64,000 nt of DNA from Clostridia bacterium (GCA_017501645.1 JAFVWN010000060.1:91063-155062), one strand, 5' to 3'; counted from the first letter of the stretch, positions 35,106 to 44,764 are shown. The notes: a model not told the origin generated them from the letters alone. A program made the numbers and translations.

Positions 35106-35139
35106 AAAAGCAATCTCTCTAAATATAGATTGCTTTTTT
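35106..35139. terminator. Bidirectional terminator between convergent operons
   Basis: AAAA-GCAATCT-(10 nt)-AGATTGC-TTTTTT. It is usable on both strands. Confidence 0.5.
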
Positions 35140-35198
35140 ATGTTTTCTTTCAAATTTTATTATTTATTTTGTAAAAATACTATAAATTATATAACTTT

Positions 35199-35915
35199 TT
35201 AACAAATGTTTTCGCCAATATTTATATTATAATTTTGATTATCCTCAATAATCACATTATCATAATGTTCTTCAGGAAAATCCTCTTCTTCCTCATTTTG
35301 GTCGCAAACAATACTCATTATTGTTGCAACTGAAACTTCATACGCTGTTCTTGTTTCACTCTCGGTTTCATTAATCTTTTTTTGATATTTTCTGCTTTGT
35401 ATTCGACCGGTAAGTTCAATCTTTTCACCAACCTCTAAGTCTCCGGCAAATCTTGCATTTCTTCCCCAAGCAATACAAGGTAAATAATCGCTTTTATTAT
35501 ACGCTCTGTTTACAGCAACAAGCAGGTCAGTAATTTCTCTACCAAATGGTGTTGTTCTATATATTGGCTCTTTGCAAACATAGCCTGTTATAGATATTTG
35601 GTTGGTAGAAGAAATCTGCTCACTATCTAAAATTTCTCTAGCAAAAATTGTTAGTATAAGTCTACTTCTTTCACCCTCTAGTTTATTATAACTTCTAAGT
35701 TGTCCATTGATTGCAACTTCTCCATCATTTTTAAGCTCTCCAAGAAGTCTTTCTGAAATGGTTATTGGAAGCAAATCCACCTCGTTAGAAAGTCTTGGTA
35801 CGCTAAGTATAAACTCATAAAACCCTTCTCCCATTACACTGTGAGAATATGTTGGCGTTGTTGAGACCTTTCCTTTTAGTATTACTTGATTGTTTTTTTC
35901 TAAATTGCTATTCAT
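35199..35915 (-). CDS. Single-stranded DNA-binding (OB-fold) protein paralogue with two OB folds
   Basis: Two SSB-like halves are present (VILKGKVS...INGQLRSY...; ISITGYVCKEP...LPCIAWGRNARFA...ELTGRIQSRKY). There is an internal acidic EEEEDFPEE stretch. An AGGAGA RBS is present. Confidence 0.55.
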   Translation of the reverse strand: MNSNLEKNNQVILKGKVSTTPTYSHSVMGEGFYEFILSVPRLSNEVDLLPITISERLLGELKNDGEVAINGQLRSYNKLEGERSRLILTIFAREILDSEQISSTNQISITGYVCKEPIYRTTPFGREITDLLVAVNRAYNKSDYLPCIAWGRNARFAGDLEVGEKIELTGRIQSRKYQKKINETESETRTAYEVSVATIMSIVCDQNEEEEDFPEEHYDNVIIEDNQNYNINIGENIC

Positions 35916-35924
35916 TTTTTTCTC

Positions 35925-36707
35925 CTATTTTATTTTTTTTTGTATCCCATTATTATCTATAACATAGTCGCTATCATAAATAAGCTCACTTAATTTCACC
36001 ATTGAATACCCTTCACTTTTTAGAAATGAAATCACTAATGGAAGAGCTTCTACAATATTATCTGCATTATTGTGAAATAAGATAATTGCTCCGTTATGTA
36101 CACCAACCTTAATTCTAGTTAATATTTGTTCTGCAGTTAGCCCCTTCCAATCAAGAGAATCTACTGACCATTGAATTGTTTTAAGTCCTAAGCTATCAGC
36201 AGTAATTATTAATTGGTCATTATAATCCCCATATGGCGGTCTAAAGTACTTAACTGGTTTGCCAGTGACATCAGTTATATATTTCATACTTGTTTCTAAT
36301 TCATATTTTGTTTGAGAGGCGGAAAGAGTACTCATTTTTGGGTGTGTATTTGAGTGTGTTCCAATATCAAATCCAGCCTCGTCAATTTCTTTGATTTTGT
36401 CTGTATATTTTTCACTCCAAAAGCCAACAAGGAAAAATGTTCCTTTTATATCATTTTGAGTTAATATTTCTATTATTTTACTAGTTTTATCAGCACCCCA
36501 CGCAGCATCAAATGTCAAAGCAACCTTCTTTTCGTTTGTTTCAACACTATATATTGGAACTTTCCTAGAAGCATAACCAAAATAAACTGTTTGAGAAGAT
36601 GTTGACACCAACATAAACCCTAGACATATACAAACTAAAAATAATGAAAAAAATATTTTTAACGGTTTTATAGAAAAGCACGAAATTTTCATATTGAACG
36701 GAAACAC
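35925..36707 (-). CDS. Polysaccharide deacetylase (NodB family), membrane-anchored/secreted
   Basis: NodB motifs are present (TFDAAWGAD, GTHSNTHP, FRPPYGDYN) along with an N-terminal hydrophobic segment. The start is either GTG 36707 or ATG 36692. Confidence 0.8.
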   Translation of the reverse strand: MFPFNMKISCFSIKPLKIFFSLFLVCICLGFMLVSTSSQTVYFGYASRKVPIYSVETNEKKVALTFDAAWGADKTSKIIEILTQNDIKGTFFLVGFWSEKYTDKIKEIDEAGFDIGTHSNTHPKMSTLSASQTKYELETSMKYITDVTGKPVKYFRPPYGDYNDQLIITADSLGLKTIQWSVDSLDWKGLTAEQILTRIKVGVHNGAIILFHNNADNIVEALPLVISFLKSEGYSMVKLSELIYDSDYVIDNNGIQKKIK

Positions 36708-36883
36708 TCCTATAATATAATAATTGTGTCCTTTTCACCTAAAAAAAGTATGACTTTTTATTAGAGAGATGGTCTTTTTATGTAGAATTTTGAAATCTCC
36801 AAATCAACCTAAGAACAATAAACTTTATTCATTAAACCAACAATTTATAACCAATTAGTTCTCAAACTAAAAATTTGCAAAAG

Positions 36884-36912
36884 AAAAACGGAAGTAATAC
36901 TTCCGTTTTTTT
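36884..36912 (-). terminator. Rho-independent terminator after the 961-aa gene
   Basis: CGGAAGT-aat-ACTTCCG flanked by A- and T-runs. Confidence 0.6.
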
Positions 36913-36934
36913 ATTTAAAAGATAAATTCAATTA

Positions 36935-39820
36935 TTATACTTGCTTGATATTTATATTCACTGTTGTTGAGTAAGATAAATTATTATGCAAATATTCAAT
37001 TTTAAGTTCGTATATACCCACATAATCACCAGGAACCATATATCCTAATTCATTAGCCTGAAAAACCAATCCATTAATAGATAATTGGCAATCTTTTGAA
37101 TCAATTCTTACTTTCTCTCCAGATACGGTATTAGCCAATACTAAGAAATTGTCAAAACTAATAACCTGTCCAACACTAAATGATTGACCTATAAGTTCTG
37201 CAGATATACTTTCAATTTCTATTTTTGTAATCCTAATATCGAGTTTTGCTTCAAATCCATTTACTGCAAAATAAACGAATGTGGACTTATTTGTACCTTC
37301 TGGGATTTCAAAATCTAAATTATCATAATCTTGTATAATATTATCTTCATCAATATTTAGACTTTTTCTTGATATCATTTCCTCTGTTATTTTAACTTTG
37401 CGTATTGAACCATCACTATATTTACAGTTTGCATAAAGGCCTCTAATATCAAGTTCATCACCAACATATTGATAGGTGTAAGTTTGTGAAAGACTTACAG
37501 ATGACATTACCACAGGAGGTGCTGGCCTGTTTATAATAAAGTAACTAACGACACCAACAACAAGTAAAAACGCAAGCACTGAAGCAACTGCAATGATAAT
37601 AGGCTTTTTAGGTGGTTTTACCCTAAATCTTTTAATGCTAGTATTAATAGAGAAGTCAAGATTCTTTCTATAATCACCCTCTCCTCCAGACTGTGAAGCT
37701 TCTTTAGTATTATATCTAGCTTTAAGTTCCTGAAGTTTCCTTTTTCTTTGTTTTGCAATAGCAATTTCCTCTTCCGTCATACCCTTGTATTCAGCGAGGT
37801 CTTCTTCTTCAATCTTCTTTTGTTCTTCTTCCTCTTGTGCTCTAAAGTGTTCTTCAATTTCCTCATTAGTTATATCATCAGGCAAACTTTCTTCAGGAGC
37901 AATATAAGTATCATCTTTTCTTTTAGAAGCTTTTTTTATTTCTTCAAGAGCTTTATTTTCTTCCTCTTCTTCGCCTAAATCTTCATCTGTCTCTTCACTA
38001 AGTTCATCAATGGTCTCTTCTACATCTTGAGGTTCTAAGTCCTCTTCAAGTTGAGACTCACCTGCCGTATCTTCTACAGAATCTTCTTCAATATCAGCGT
38101 GGCTCTTAATCCAATCAAGATACTCCTGCTCTGTGATTTCGCCTCGTTCAAAGGCTATTTGCTTTTTCATTGCCTCAATTTCATAGTTAGAAACTTTTGA
38201 AATGTGTTGATTTGTATCTTTATTTTCTTCTGCTACTTGTTTAGGAGTTTCTGTTTTTTCAAGTTCAACAGCTTCTGTAATTGGTTTTTCTAAAGCAGTT
38301 TCTTGATTGACTTCATCTTTAACAGCTTCAGTTTTTTCATCCAAAACATCTTGACGGAGTTCTTGTTTAGGCTCATCCTTTTTTTGCCCAGCAAGATATT
38401 CATCTTCTGTAATTTCACCTCTTTCAAATGCAATTTGCCTTTTCATTGCTTCAATTTCATCATTTGAAACTTTTGAAATGTGTTCGTTCGTATTAAGTTC
38501 TTGAACTTCAGGTTTTTCAGGAACAATTTCATCTTTTTGTTGCATTTCAACAGGTGCTTGAGCAGAGTCTTCAATTTTTTCTTCTACAACCGGCGCTTCT
38601 TGTTTGGCTTTTTCTTGTGAAAGTGCATTAGCTCTTGCTGTGTTTTCCTCAATTGATGTTAATATTCTTTCAATACTGCTTAAATCAAAATTTTGACTAT
38701 TGTTAACATCATTTTCCTGCTTAATTTCGGCTTTTTCTACACCAAACTCAGCAAGTGCATTTCGAGTTTTATCATCAATAACATTTACACTGTTTGTGTT
38801 ATCATTGATATATGTTTCGACTCTAGTATTAGTAGGTTCTCCTTCGTGTCTTATAACAGTTTCACTTGATTGTACTCCTTCAGGAATTGAAATACTGATA
38901 TTAAGATTTAGATTTGAAGGGATTGGAGAACCATCAGCCATTGTAACATTAATGTTGTGTTGAGGCTTGACAGGTTCTACCTCTTCTATTGGAGTTTCCT
39001 CTTCTATTGGTTCTGTGATTGCAGAAACCTCTTCTGCTGATTGCTCTTTTTCATTATCATCAACCTTAGATAAATCAAAAGAAAAAGGTGTATCTGTTGT
39101 TTCTTTTTCTTCAGCCTGAGACAGGTCAAAAGAAAAATTATTTTCTGGTTCTTCAACTTGAGATAAGTCAAAAGAAAAATCTTCGGTATTTTCTTCACTT
39201 GGAACATTAAATGAAAAATCTTCTTCTAGTTGAGATTCTTCATTCTTTTCCAAACCGCTAAAGTCAAAGGAAAATGAATTATTATCATTTGCTTCTATAT
39301 TTTCATCTTCAATAACCTCAGGTTGGGTTTCTAGCGGATTAAATTTTTCTGGTTTAGAAAGAGATAATTCTGTTTGACCTTCAGGTTCGGCATCATCAAC
39401 GGTTTTATGATATGAATAATCAATTTCAGGTTCTTCAAAACCTTGTTCTCTTCTTAGTTCTTCTTGAACTTTTTTAAGTTCGTCCAAATCTATATGTGAA
39501 GTTTTTGTATTAGAGTTTTGTTCTTCAATGTTTTGAGAATTTTCTTCTACTTTAATTTCTTCAACTTTAGGTTTCTTCTCTTTAGTTTTCTTTTTTGAAA
39601 CCTCAGGTATTCCTTCGTTTACAATTGGCTCGAGAACTTGAGTTGACTTACCGCCTTTTAACGCTTTTAGTCTTTTTTGTTTCTCTCTATGTTCTCTTGC
39701 TCTACGAGCATACTCTTTTGTCGCTTCCCTTTTTACTTCGGTTGAAACCTTTTTCTTTTTAGAAGAACGAATTTCGTCTTCTTTTGATATAGAATTGTTA
39801 TTATTTGTTTCTTTAGCCAA
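36935..39820 (-). CDS. 961-aa bitopic membrane protein: K/E-rich repeat-containing cytoplasmic part, TM, two C-terminal Big_3-like Ig domains
   Basis: TTG start with a GGAGA RBS. It has FSFD(L/F)S repeats and two SHOCT-like repeats (..IAFERGEITE(D/Q)EYL..). The TM helix is IIIAVASVLAFLLVVGVVSYFII. The C-terminal segment YVGDELDIRGLYANCKYSDGSIRKVKIT is typical of Big_3. Confidence 0.65.
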   Translation of the reverse strand: MAKETNNNNSISKEDEIRSSKKKKVSTEVKREATKEYARRAREHREKQKRLKALKGGKSTQVLEPIVNEGIPEVSKKKTKEKKPKVEEIKVEENSQNIEEQNSNTKTSHIDLDELKKVQEELRREQGFEEPEIDYSYHKTVDDAEPEGQTELSLSKPEKFNPLETQPEVIEDENIEANDNNSFSFDFSGLEKNEESQLEEDFSFNVPSEENTEDFSFDLSQVEEPENNFSFDLSQAEEKETTDTPFSFDLSKVDDNEKEQSAEEVSAITEPIEEETPIEEVEPVKPQHNINVTMADGSPIPSNLNLNISISIPEGVQSSETVIRHEGEPTNTRVETYINDNTNSVNVIDDKTRNALAEFGVEKAEIKQENDVNNSQNFDLSSIERILTSIEENTARANALSQEKAKQEAPVVEEKIEDSAQAPVEMQQKDEIVPEKPEVQELNTNEHISKVSNDEIEAMKRQIAFERGEITEDEYLAGQKKDEPKQELRQDVLDEKTEAVKDEVNQETALEKPITEAVELEKTETPKQVAEENKDTNQHISKVSNYEIEAMKKQIAFERGEITEQEYLDWIKSHADIEEDSVEDTAGESQLEEDLEPQDVEETIDELSEETDEDLGEEEEENKALEEIKKASKRKDDTYIAPEESLPDDITNEEIEEHFRAQEEEEQKKIEEEDLAEYKGMTEEEIAIAKQRKRKLQELKARYNTKEASQSGGEGDYRKNLDFSINTSIKRFRVKPPKKPIIIAVASVLAFLLVVGVVSYFIINRPAPPVVMSSVSLSQTYTYQYVGDELDIRGLYANCKYSDGSIRKVKITEEMISRKSLNIDEDNIIQDYDNLDFEIPEGTNKSTFVYFAVNGFEAKLDIRITKIEIESISAELIGQSFSVGQVISFDNFLVLANTVSGEKVRIDSKDCQLSINGLVFQANELGYMVPGDYVGIYELKIEYLHNNLSYSTTVNINIKQV
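38119..38218 (-). repeat. In-frame ~100-nt coding repeat, copy A (SHOCT-like unit)
   Basis: Roughly 80% identical by eye to 38395-38494, and 276 nt (92 aa) apart. Confidence 0.6.
38395..38494 (-). repeat. In-frame ~100-nt coding repeat, copy B (SHOCT-like unit)
   Basis: It encodes NEHISKVSNDEIEAMKRQIAFERGEITEDEYL, against NQHISKVSNYEIEAMKKQIAFERGEITEQEYL in copy A. Confidence 0.6.
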
Positions 39821-39961
39821 AATCGTTCTCCTTTAAAGTATTATTTGCAAAAATGATTATTAATATGTACCCGCATCTAGTCATATTAAGTTCACATAAC
39901 TTTACGAGATAAGTATATCAAAATTAAAGTGCTGAGGTCAAATAAAAAGTGGCTCAAAATT

Positions 39962-39996
39962 AAAAAAATATAAAAAGGTGACAAATTTTATCACCT
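39962..39996 (-). terminator. Rho-independent terminator after topoisomerase A-subunit gene
   Basis: The minus strand reads AGGTGA-(9 nt)-TCACCT followed by TTTTTATATTTTTTT. Confidence 0.55.
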
Positions 39997-40058
39997 TTTA
40001 TACATTTTTAATTAAAAATCAATTAAATTATCAAACTATATTTGATTATAATTTGTAA

Positions 40059-42659
40059 TTATAAAGTTCTAATATAAGCAGATGCAAGTTGTGCTTGACC
40101 TATAGATAAACATCTACCTCTTGAAGCTCTTGTGTCTTCTTCTATAGAAGATGCAGAAATATTTGAGTAATCTCCTGCAGAATTAATAATTACAACATCA
40201 CTAGAAGCTTTGTATAATGCAGAAGCAATCACTTTAGTTCCACTTGAAGATTCACCCTTAAGATCAAAAATCTTAACACCTTTTCTATATCTTGCAAGAA
40301 CATCAATCTCGTTAACATTTACTCGTTTTGCATATGCAGTATTTGAAATAAGCACTACACTGTCTTCTGGTGAAATTTGAGTAATAAGCACGGCCTCGTC
40401 AGTTTCTGTCATATTGATACCTTTAACGCCACCAGAAATTCTTCCTTGAACTGGAATATCACTCTTTTCCGCATTAAGGCTCATACCTTCCTTAGTTGTA
40501 AAGAGTATTGTTGTGTTAGGTTTATCAAATTCAATATTGATGATTTCATCACCATCTTTGAGCTTCATTGCTTGATAAGCGGTTTTTAGAAGTTGATATT
40601 CATTTACGGCGGTCTTTTTAATCATACCTTGCTTAGTAAAGAATAGAAGATTTTCATTAAGAAGATTGTCACCAAGTTCCATAAAGAATACAACTTTTTC
40701 TTCACTTGATGCAGACGGCATAATCTTGCTAAGAGGAGTTCCCTTATCTCTAAACTTATTGTCAGGAAGAAGTCCTAAGTCAAGTTTATAAGCGTTTCCA
40801 AGGTTACTGAAAGCAAGAACCGTCTTGTCGCTTGATGAAGTAAGGCTAGCAGTAATCACTTCGTGAAGACCTGAACGCTCGTTCCAGACCTTTGAAACTT
40901 GAGCAAAGTGTCTTGTAGTCATACACTTAACAGCTCCTGAGGCGGTTGCAACAATAGTTACATTTTCAACAGGTCCTTTAACTCCAGTGCCTGCTGTTGT
41001 CTTAACTTCATAGTCAGTAAGAGCATCTATAATATCACTTCTTCTGCCGTCTTTATACTTTTTCTTAATCTCGCCCATTTCTTCTTTTACAAGTTCAAAT
41101 TGAGCTTTTTTACTACTTAAAATTCTTGTAAGTTCTGCAATTCTCTTCTCAAGTTCAAGAAGTTCTTGCTCAAGTTTAAAGATTTCAAGACTGGTAAGTC
41201 TAGCAAGACGCATATCAAGAATTGCTTGAGCTTGTCTGTCACTCAATGTAAATCTTTCTTTTAATCTTTGCTTAGCAACTGTTACAGACTCACTTGTTTT
41301 AATAATTTTAACAACCTCATCAATATTGCGTACAGCGATTACTAAACCTTGTAAAATGTGTTGACGCTCTTTAGCTGCATCAAGGTCGAATTTTGTTCTT
41401 CTATAGATAACTTCTCTCTGGAAATTAACATAGTACGCTAGAATATCAAGAAGTCCCATTTGTTGAGGTCTACCATCAGCGATTGCAACCATATTGATAC
41501 CATAAGAAACTTGTAAATCCGTATATTTGAATAGGTATTCAAGAATCTTTTTGTAATCAGCATCCTTTCGAATTTTGATAACAATTCTCATACCAGACAT
41601 ATCACTTTCATCAAGAATTTCAGTTATTCCACCAAGAACATCTTTTTTACTTTCTCTAACTTCAAGAATCTTTTGTTGAAGTTTAGCTTTATTAACTTGA
41701 TATGGGATTTCGGTTACAACAATATTTTTCTTTTCGCCATCTCCACCCTCAATGTGGACTTTAGCTCTAATAATAATTTTTCCCTTACCTGTTTCATAAG
41801 CTTGACGAAGTTCTTCTTTTCCAACAATAAAGCCACCGGTTGGAAAGTCAGGAGCCTTAATAATCTTCATCATTTCATCAAGAGAAATGTCTGGATTATC
41901 AATATATGCAATTGCACCATTAATAGATTCAGCAAGATTGTGCGGAGGAATATTTGTCGCCAAACCAACAGCGATACCAGTAGCACCATTAACTAAAATA
42001 TTTGGAAATCTACTTGGAAGAAGCACAGGTTCTTCTTGAGAGTCATCATAAGTAAGCATCCAAGGAACAGTGTCTTTTTCAAGGTCACGAAGCATTTCAA
42101 GAGCAAGTGGAGTCATCTTAGCTTCTGTGTAACGCATAGCCGCCGCCCCGTCTCCGTCAATAGAACCAAAGTTACCTTGACCGTCAACTAGTGTCGCTCT
42201 AAGGTTAAAGTCTTGAGCTAAACGAACCATTGCATCATAAACAGAGGTATCACCGTGAGGGTGATAACGAGCAAGACAATCACCTACTACCTTCGCAGAC
42301 TTTTTGTGAGGTTTATCAGGGGTTAATCCTTGTTCGTGCATAGTATAAAGAATACGCCTTTGAACAGGCTTAAGTCCATCTTCTACTCTTGGAAGAGCCC
42401 TGTCTAAAATAACATGTTCTGAGTACGGCAACATAGATTCGTGCATAATGACATCAAGGTTTTTGTCAATTACATTTTTGCCGAGGTTTGCAGAAACAAG
42501 AATTTGTTGTTTGAGTTTTTTCTTGTTTTCTTTTTTTTCTTCCTCTGTTGCGCCAGAAACCATTTCATCACTTACGCCATTATCAAGGATGTCTTCAATA
42601 TCAATTTGAGAGACATCTTTACCTAAAATTTCATCATTGTTTTCAAATTCATTATCCAT
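40059..42659 (-). CDS. Type IIA topoisomerase subunit A (GyrA/ParC family), 866 aa
   Basis: Conserved segments include DGLKPVQRRILY, YHPHGDTSVYDAMVRLAQDF and GNFGSIDGDGAAAMRYTEAKM. No GyrA-box was seen by eye. There is an acidic N-terminal extension of about 65 aa. Confidence 0.85.
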   Translation of the reverse strand: MDNEFENNDEILGKDVSQIDIEDILDNGVSDEMVSGATEEEKKENKKKLKQQILVSANLGKNVIDKNLDVIMHESMLPYSEHVILDRALPRVEDGLKPVQRRILYTMHEQGLTPDKPHKKSAKVVGDCLARYHPHGDTSVYDAMVRLAQDFNLRATLVDGQGNFGSIDGDGAAAMRYTEAKMTPLALEMLRDLEKDTVPWMLTYDDSQEEPVLLPSRFPNILVNGATGIAVGLATNIPPHNLAESINGAIAYIDNPDISLDEMMKIIKAPDFPTGGFIVGKEELRQAYETGKGKIIIRAKVHIEGGDGEKKNIVVTEIPYQVNKAKLQQKILEVRESKKDVLGGITEILDESDMSGMRIVIKIRKDADYKKILEYLFKYTDLQVSYGINMVAIADGRPQQMGLLDILAYYVNFQREVIYRRTKFDLDAAKERQHILQGLVIAVRNIDEVVKIIKTSESVTVAKQRLKERFTLSDRQAQAILDMRLARLTSLEIFKLEQELLELEKRIAELTRILSSKKAQFELVKEEMGEIKKKYKDGRRSDIIDALTDYEVKTTAGTGVKGPVENVTIVATASGAVKCMTTRHFAQVSKVWNERSGLHEVITASLTSSSDKTVLAFSNLGNAYKLDLGLLPDNKFRDKGTPLSKIMPSASSEEKVVFFMELGDNLLNENLLFFTKQGMIKKTAVNEYQLLKTAYQAMKLKDGDEIINIEFDKPNTTILFTTKEGMSLNAEKSDIPVQGRISGGVKGINMTETDEAVLITQISPEDSVVLISNTAYAKRVNVNEIDVLARYRKGVKIFDLKGESSSGTKVIASALYKASSDVVIINSAGDYSNISASSIEEDTRASRGRCLSIGQAQLASAYIRTL

Positions 42660-42712
42660 AAATATCCTTTTCCTTTATATGGGTAAATTTAGTAAATAAG
42701 TTAAAATAAAGT

Positions 42713-44701
42713 TTAAGATTTTTTCTTATGTCCAGTCGCTTCCATAACTTCATCAACATTTTTATTAAAGTTTGCGTTTTCAGTTATATAAGCTTTACGA
42801 GCCTCAATGTTATCACCCATAAGTACAGTTATCATTTTTTCAGCCTCGTGAGCATCATCAAGGGTTACCCTAACTAAAGTACGATTTGCAGGGTCCATAG
42901 TAGTTGCTCTAAGTTGCTCTGGGTTCATTTCACCAAGTCCCTTATATCTTTGAATTTCATAAGGTTTTCCACCTATCTTTTCAATGGCTTCTGGAAGTTC
43001 AGCATCACTATAAACATATTCAACCTTACCTCTCTTTGTAAGCTTATATAGCGGTGGTGTTCCAAGATATACATGTCCTTCACTAATAAGTTCTTTCATA
43101 TAACGATAGAAGAAAGTAATTAAAATTGCTCTAATGTGTGCACCATCTTGGTCAGCATCCGCAAGAATAATTACCTTGTGATATTTAAGATTTTCTAAGT
43201 TGAGGTCATCACCTATACCAGCGCCAAGAGCAGAAATGATTGTCCTAATTTCCTCATTTTGAAGAACTTGGTCAATTCTCTTCTTTTCAGCATTTAGAGG
43301 TTTACCACGAAGAGGTAATATTGCTTGGAACTTATTATCACGAGCCTGTTTAGCACTTCCACCCGCAGAGTCCCCCTCAACAATGAAAAGTTCATTGTTT
43401 ACATAGTTTTTTCCAGTACAAGCGGCAAGTTTACCTACTAAGGTATAGTTTTCAACGCTATTTTTTTGTCTAGCGAGTTCTTTTGCTTTCTTAGATGCTT
43501 CACGAACTTTAGCTGCACCAATAGCTTTATCAATAATTGCTGAAAGAGTCTTGCTTGTTCCACGAAGCCCAAAGAACTCACTTAACTTGTTTACTGTTAC
43601 AGTTTCAACTGCTGGTTTTGCTTGCGGATTACCTAATTTGGTTTTTGTTTGACCCTCAAATTGAATATTTTTCATTTTGATAGAAATTATTGCTGTAAGA
43701 CCTTCTCTAAAATCTTCACCCATAAGGTTGTTATCTTTTTCTTTAAGCGAACCACTTTTACGAGCAAGATCGTTAAGAACTCTTGTAAGACCAGACTTAA
43801 ATCCAACTTCGTGAGTACCACCCTCAGTAGTTGAAATGTTGTTTACAAAAGAGAAAACACTTTCCGCATAGCTGTCTGTGTGTTGAATTGCAATCTCTAC
43901 TTTAATTTGGTCCTCTTCTCCTTCAAAAAGAATTGGATCGTCATATAAAATATTTTTACCTTCATTAATATACTTAACAAAATCTTTAAGACCGCCATCA
44001 TATTTGTATGATTTATAGACAGCATTTTCTTCACCCTGTCTTTGGTCAATAAGACAAATTTCAAGTCCTTTATTTAAAAACGCAAGTTCCTTAACTCTCT
44101 TTTTTACTGTTGCATAATCAAATTCAACTGTTTCAAAAACAGAGTCATCAGGAAGAAATGTTACAGTAGTTCCAGTTGTTGTAGCTTTGCCAAGTTCAGT
44201 AAGCGGTTTTGTACATTGACCGCACTTAACCTTATCTTTGGTTTTTACAGTCTCAAAACCAATTTCATATTTTTTACCGCCACGACAAACTTCAACTTTA
44301 CACCATTTTGAAAGTGCATTTACAACTGACGCACCAACACCGTGAAGACCACCAGAATAAGCGTAGTTGTCGTTATTAAATTTACCACCGGCGTGAAGTT
44401 CAGTATATACAACCTCAACAGCACTCTTTTTAAGTACTGGGTGCATATCTACAGGGATACCACGACCATTATCTTCAACAGAAACAGAGCCATCTTTGTT
44501 TAAAGTTACAATAATACGATCACAATGACCATTTGCAGCTTCGTCAATAGCGTTATCTACTATTTCCCAAATAAGGTGGTGAAGCCCTTTAGGCCCAGTT
44601 GTACCAATATACATACCAGGGCGAAGACGAACAGCATCAAGTCCTTCTAGAACTTGAATATCCTTAGCATCATAGGATTTTTGATTTACACTTTTTGCCA
44701 T
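42713..44701 (-). CDS. Type IIA topoisomerase subunit B (GyrB/ParE family), 662 aa
   Basis: Conserved segments include IQVLEGLDAVRLRPGMYIG, GLHHLIWEIVDNAIDEA, EGDSAGGSAKQ, DADQDGAHI and RYKGLGEMNPEQL. Confidence 0.9.
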   Translation of the reverse strand: MAKSVNQKSYDAKDIQVLEGLDAVRLRPGMYIGTTGPKGLHHLIWEIVDNAIDEAANGHCDRIIVTLNKDGSVSVEDNGRGIPVDMHPVLKKSAVEVVYTELHAGGKFNNDNYAYSGGLHGVGASVVNALSKWCKVEVCRGGKKYEIGFETVKTKDKVKCGQCTKPLTELGKATTTGTTVTFLPDDSVFETVEFDYATVKKRVKELAFLNKGLEICLIDQRQGEENAVYKSYKYDGGLKDFVKYINEGKNILYDDPILFEGEEDQIKVEIAIQHTDSYAESVFSFVNNISTTEGGTHEVGFKSGLTRVLNDLARKSGSLKEKDNNLMGEDFREGLTAIISIKMKNIQFEGQTKTKLGNPQAKPAVETVTVNKLSEFFGLRGTSKTLSAIIDKAIGAAKVREASKKAKELARQKNSVENYTLVGKLAACTGKNYVNNELFIVEGDSAGGSAKQARDNKFQAILPLRGKPLNAEKKRIDQVLQNEEIRTIISALGAGIGDDLNLENLKYHKVIILADADQDGAHIRAILITFFYRYMKELISEGHVYLGTPPLYKLTKRGKVEYVYSDAELPEAIEKIGGKPYEIQRYKGLGEMNPEQLRATTMDPANRTLVRVTLDDAHEAEKMITVLMGDNIEARKAYITENANFNKNVDEVMEATGHKKKS

Positions 44702-44735
44702 AATATAGTCCTTTTAATTATATTTTTACTTCTTT

Positions 44736-44764
44736 AGTATACCAAATTTCCTGTGTAACCGCAA
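44736..44764 (-). promoter_or_regulatory. Candidate promoter of topoisomerase operon: TTGCGG-17-TGgTATACT
   Basis: On the minus strand the -35 is at 44759-44764 and the -10 at 44736-44741, preceded by TG. Confidence 0.4.

Noticed and set aside
38119-39280. Spaced DNA repeats and FSFDLS-coding repeats, considered as a CRISPR-like or non-coding tandem array.
   Set aside because: The repeats are imperfect, in frame and inside a continuous 961-codon ORF. They encode protein repeats.
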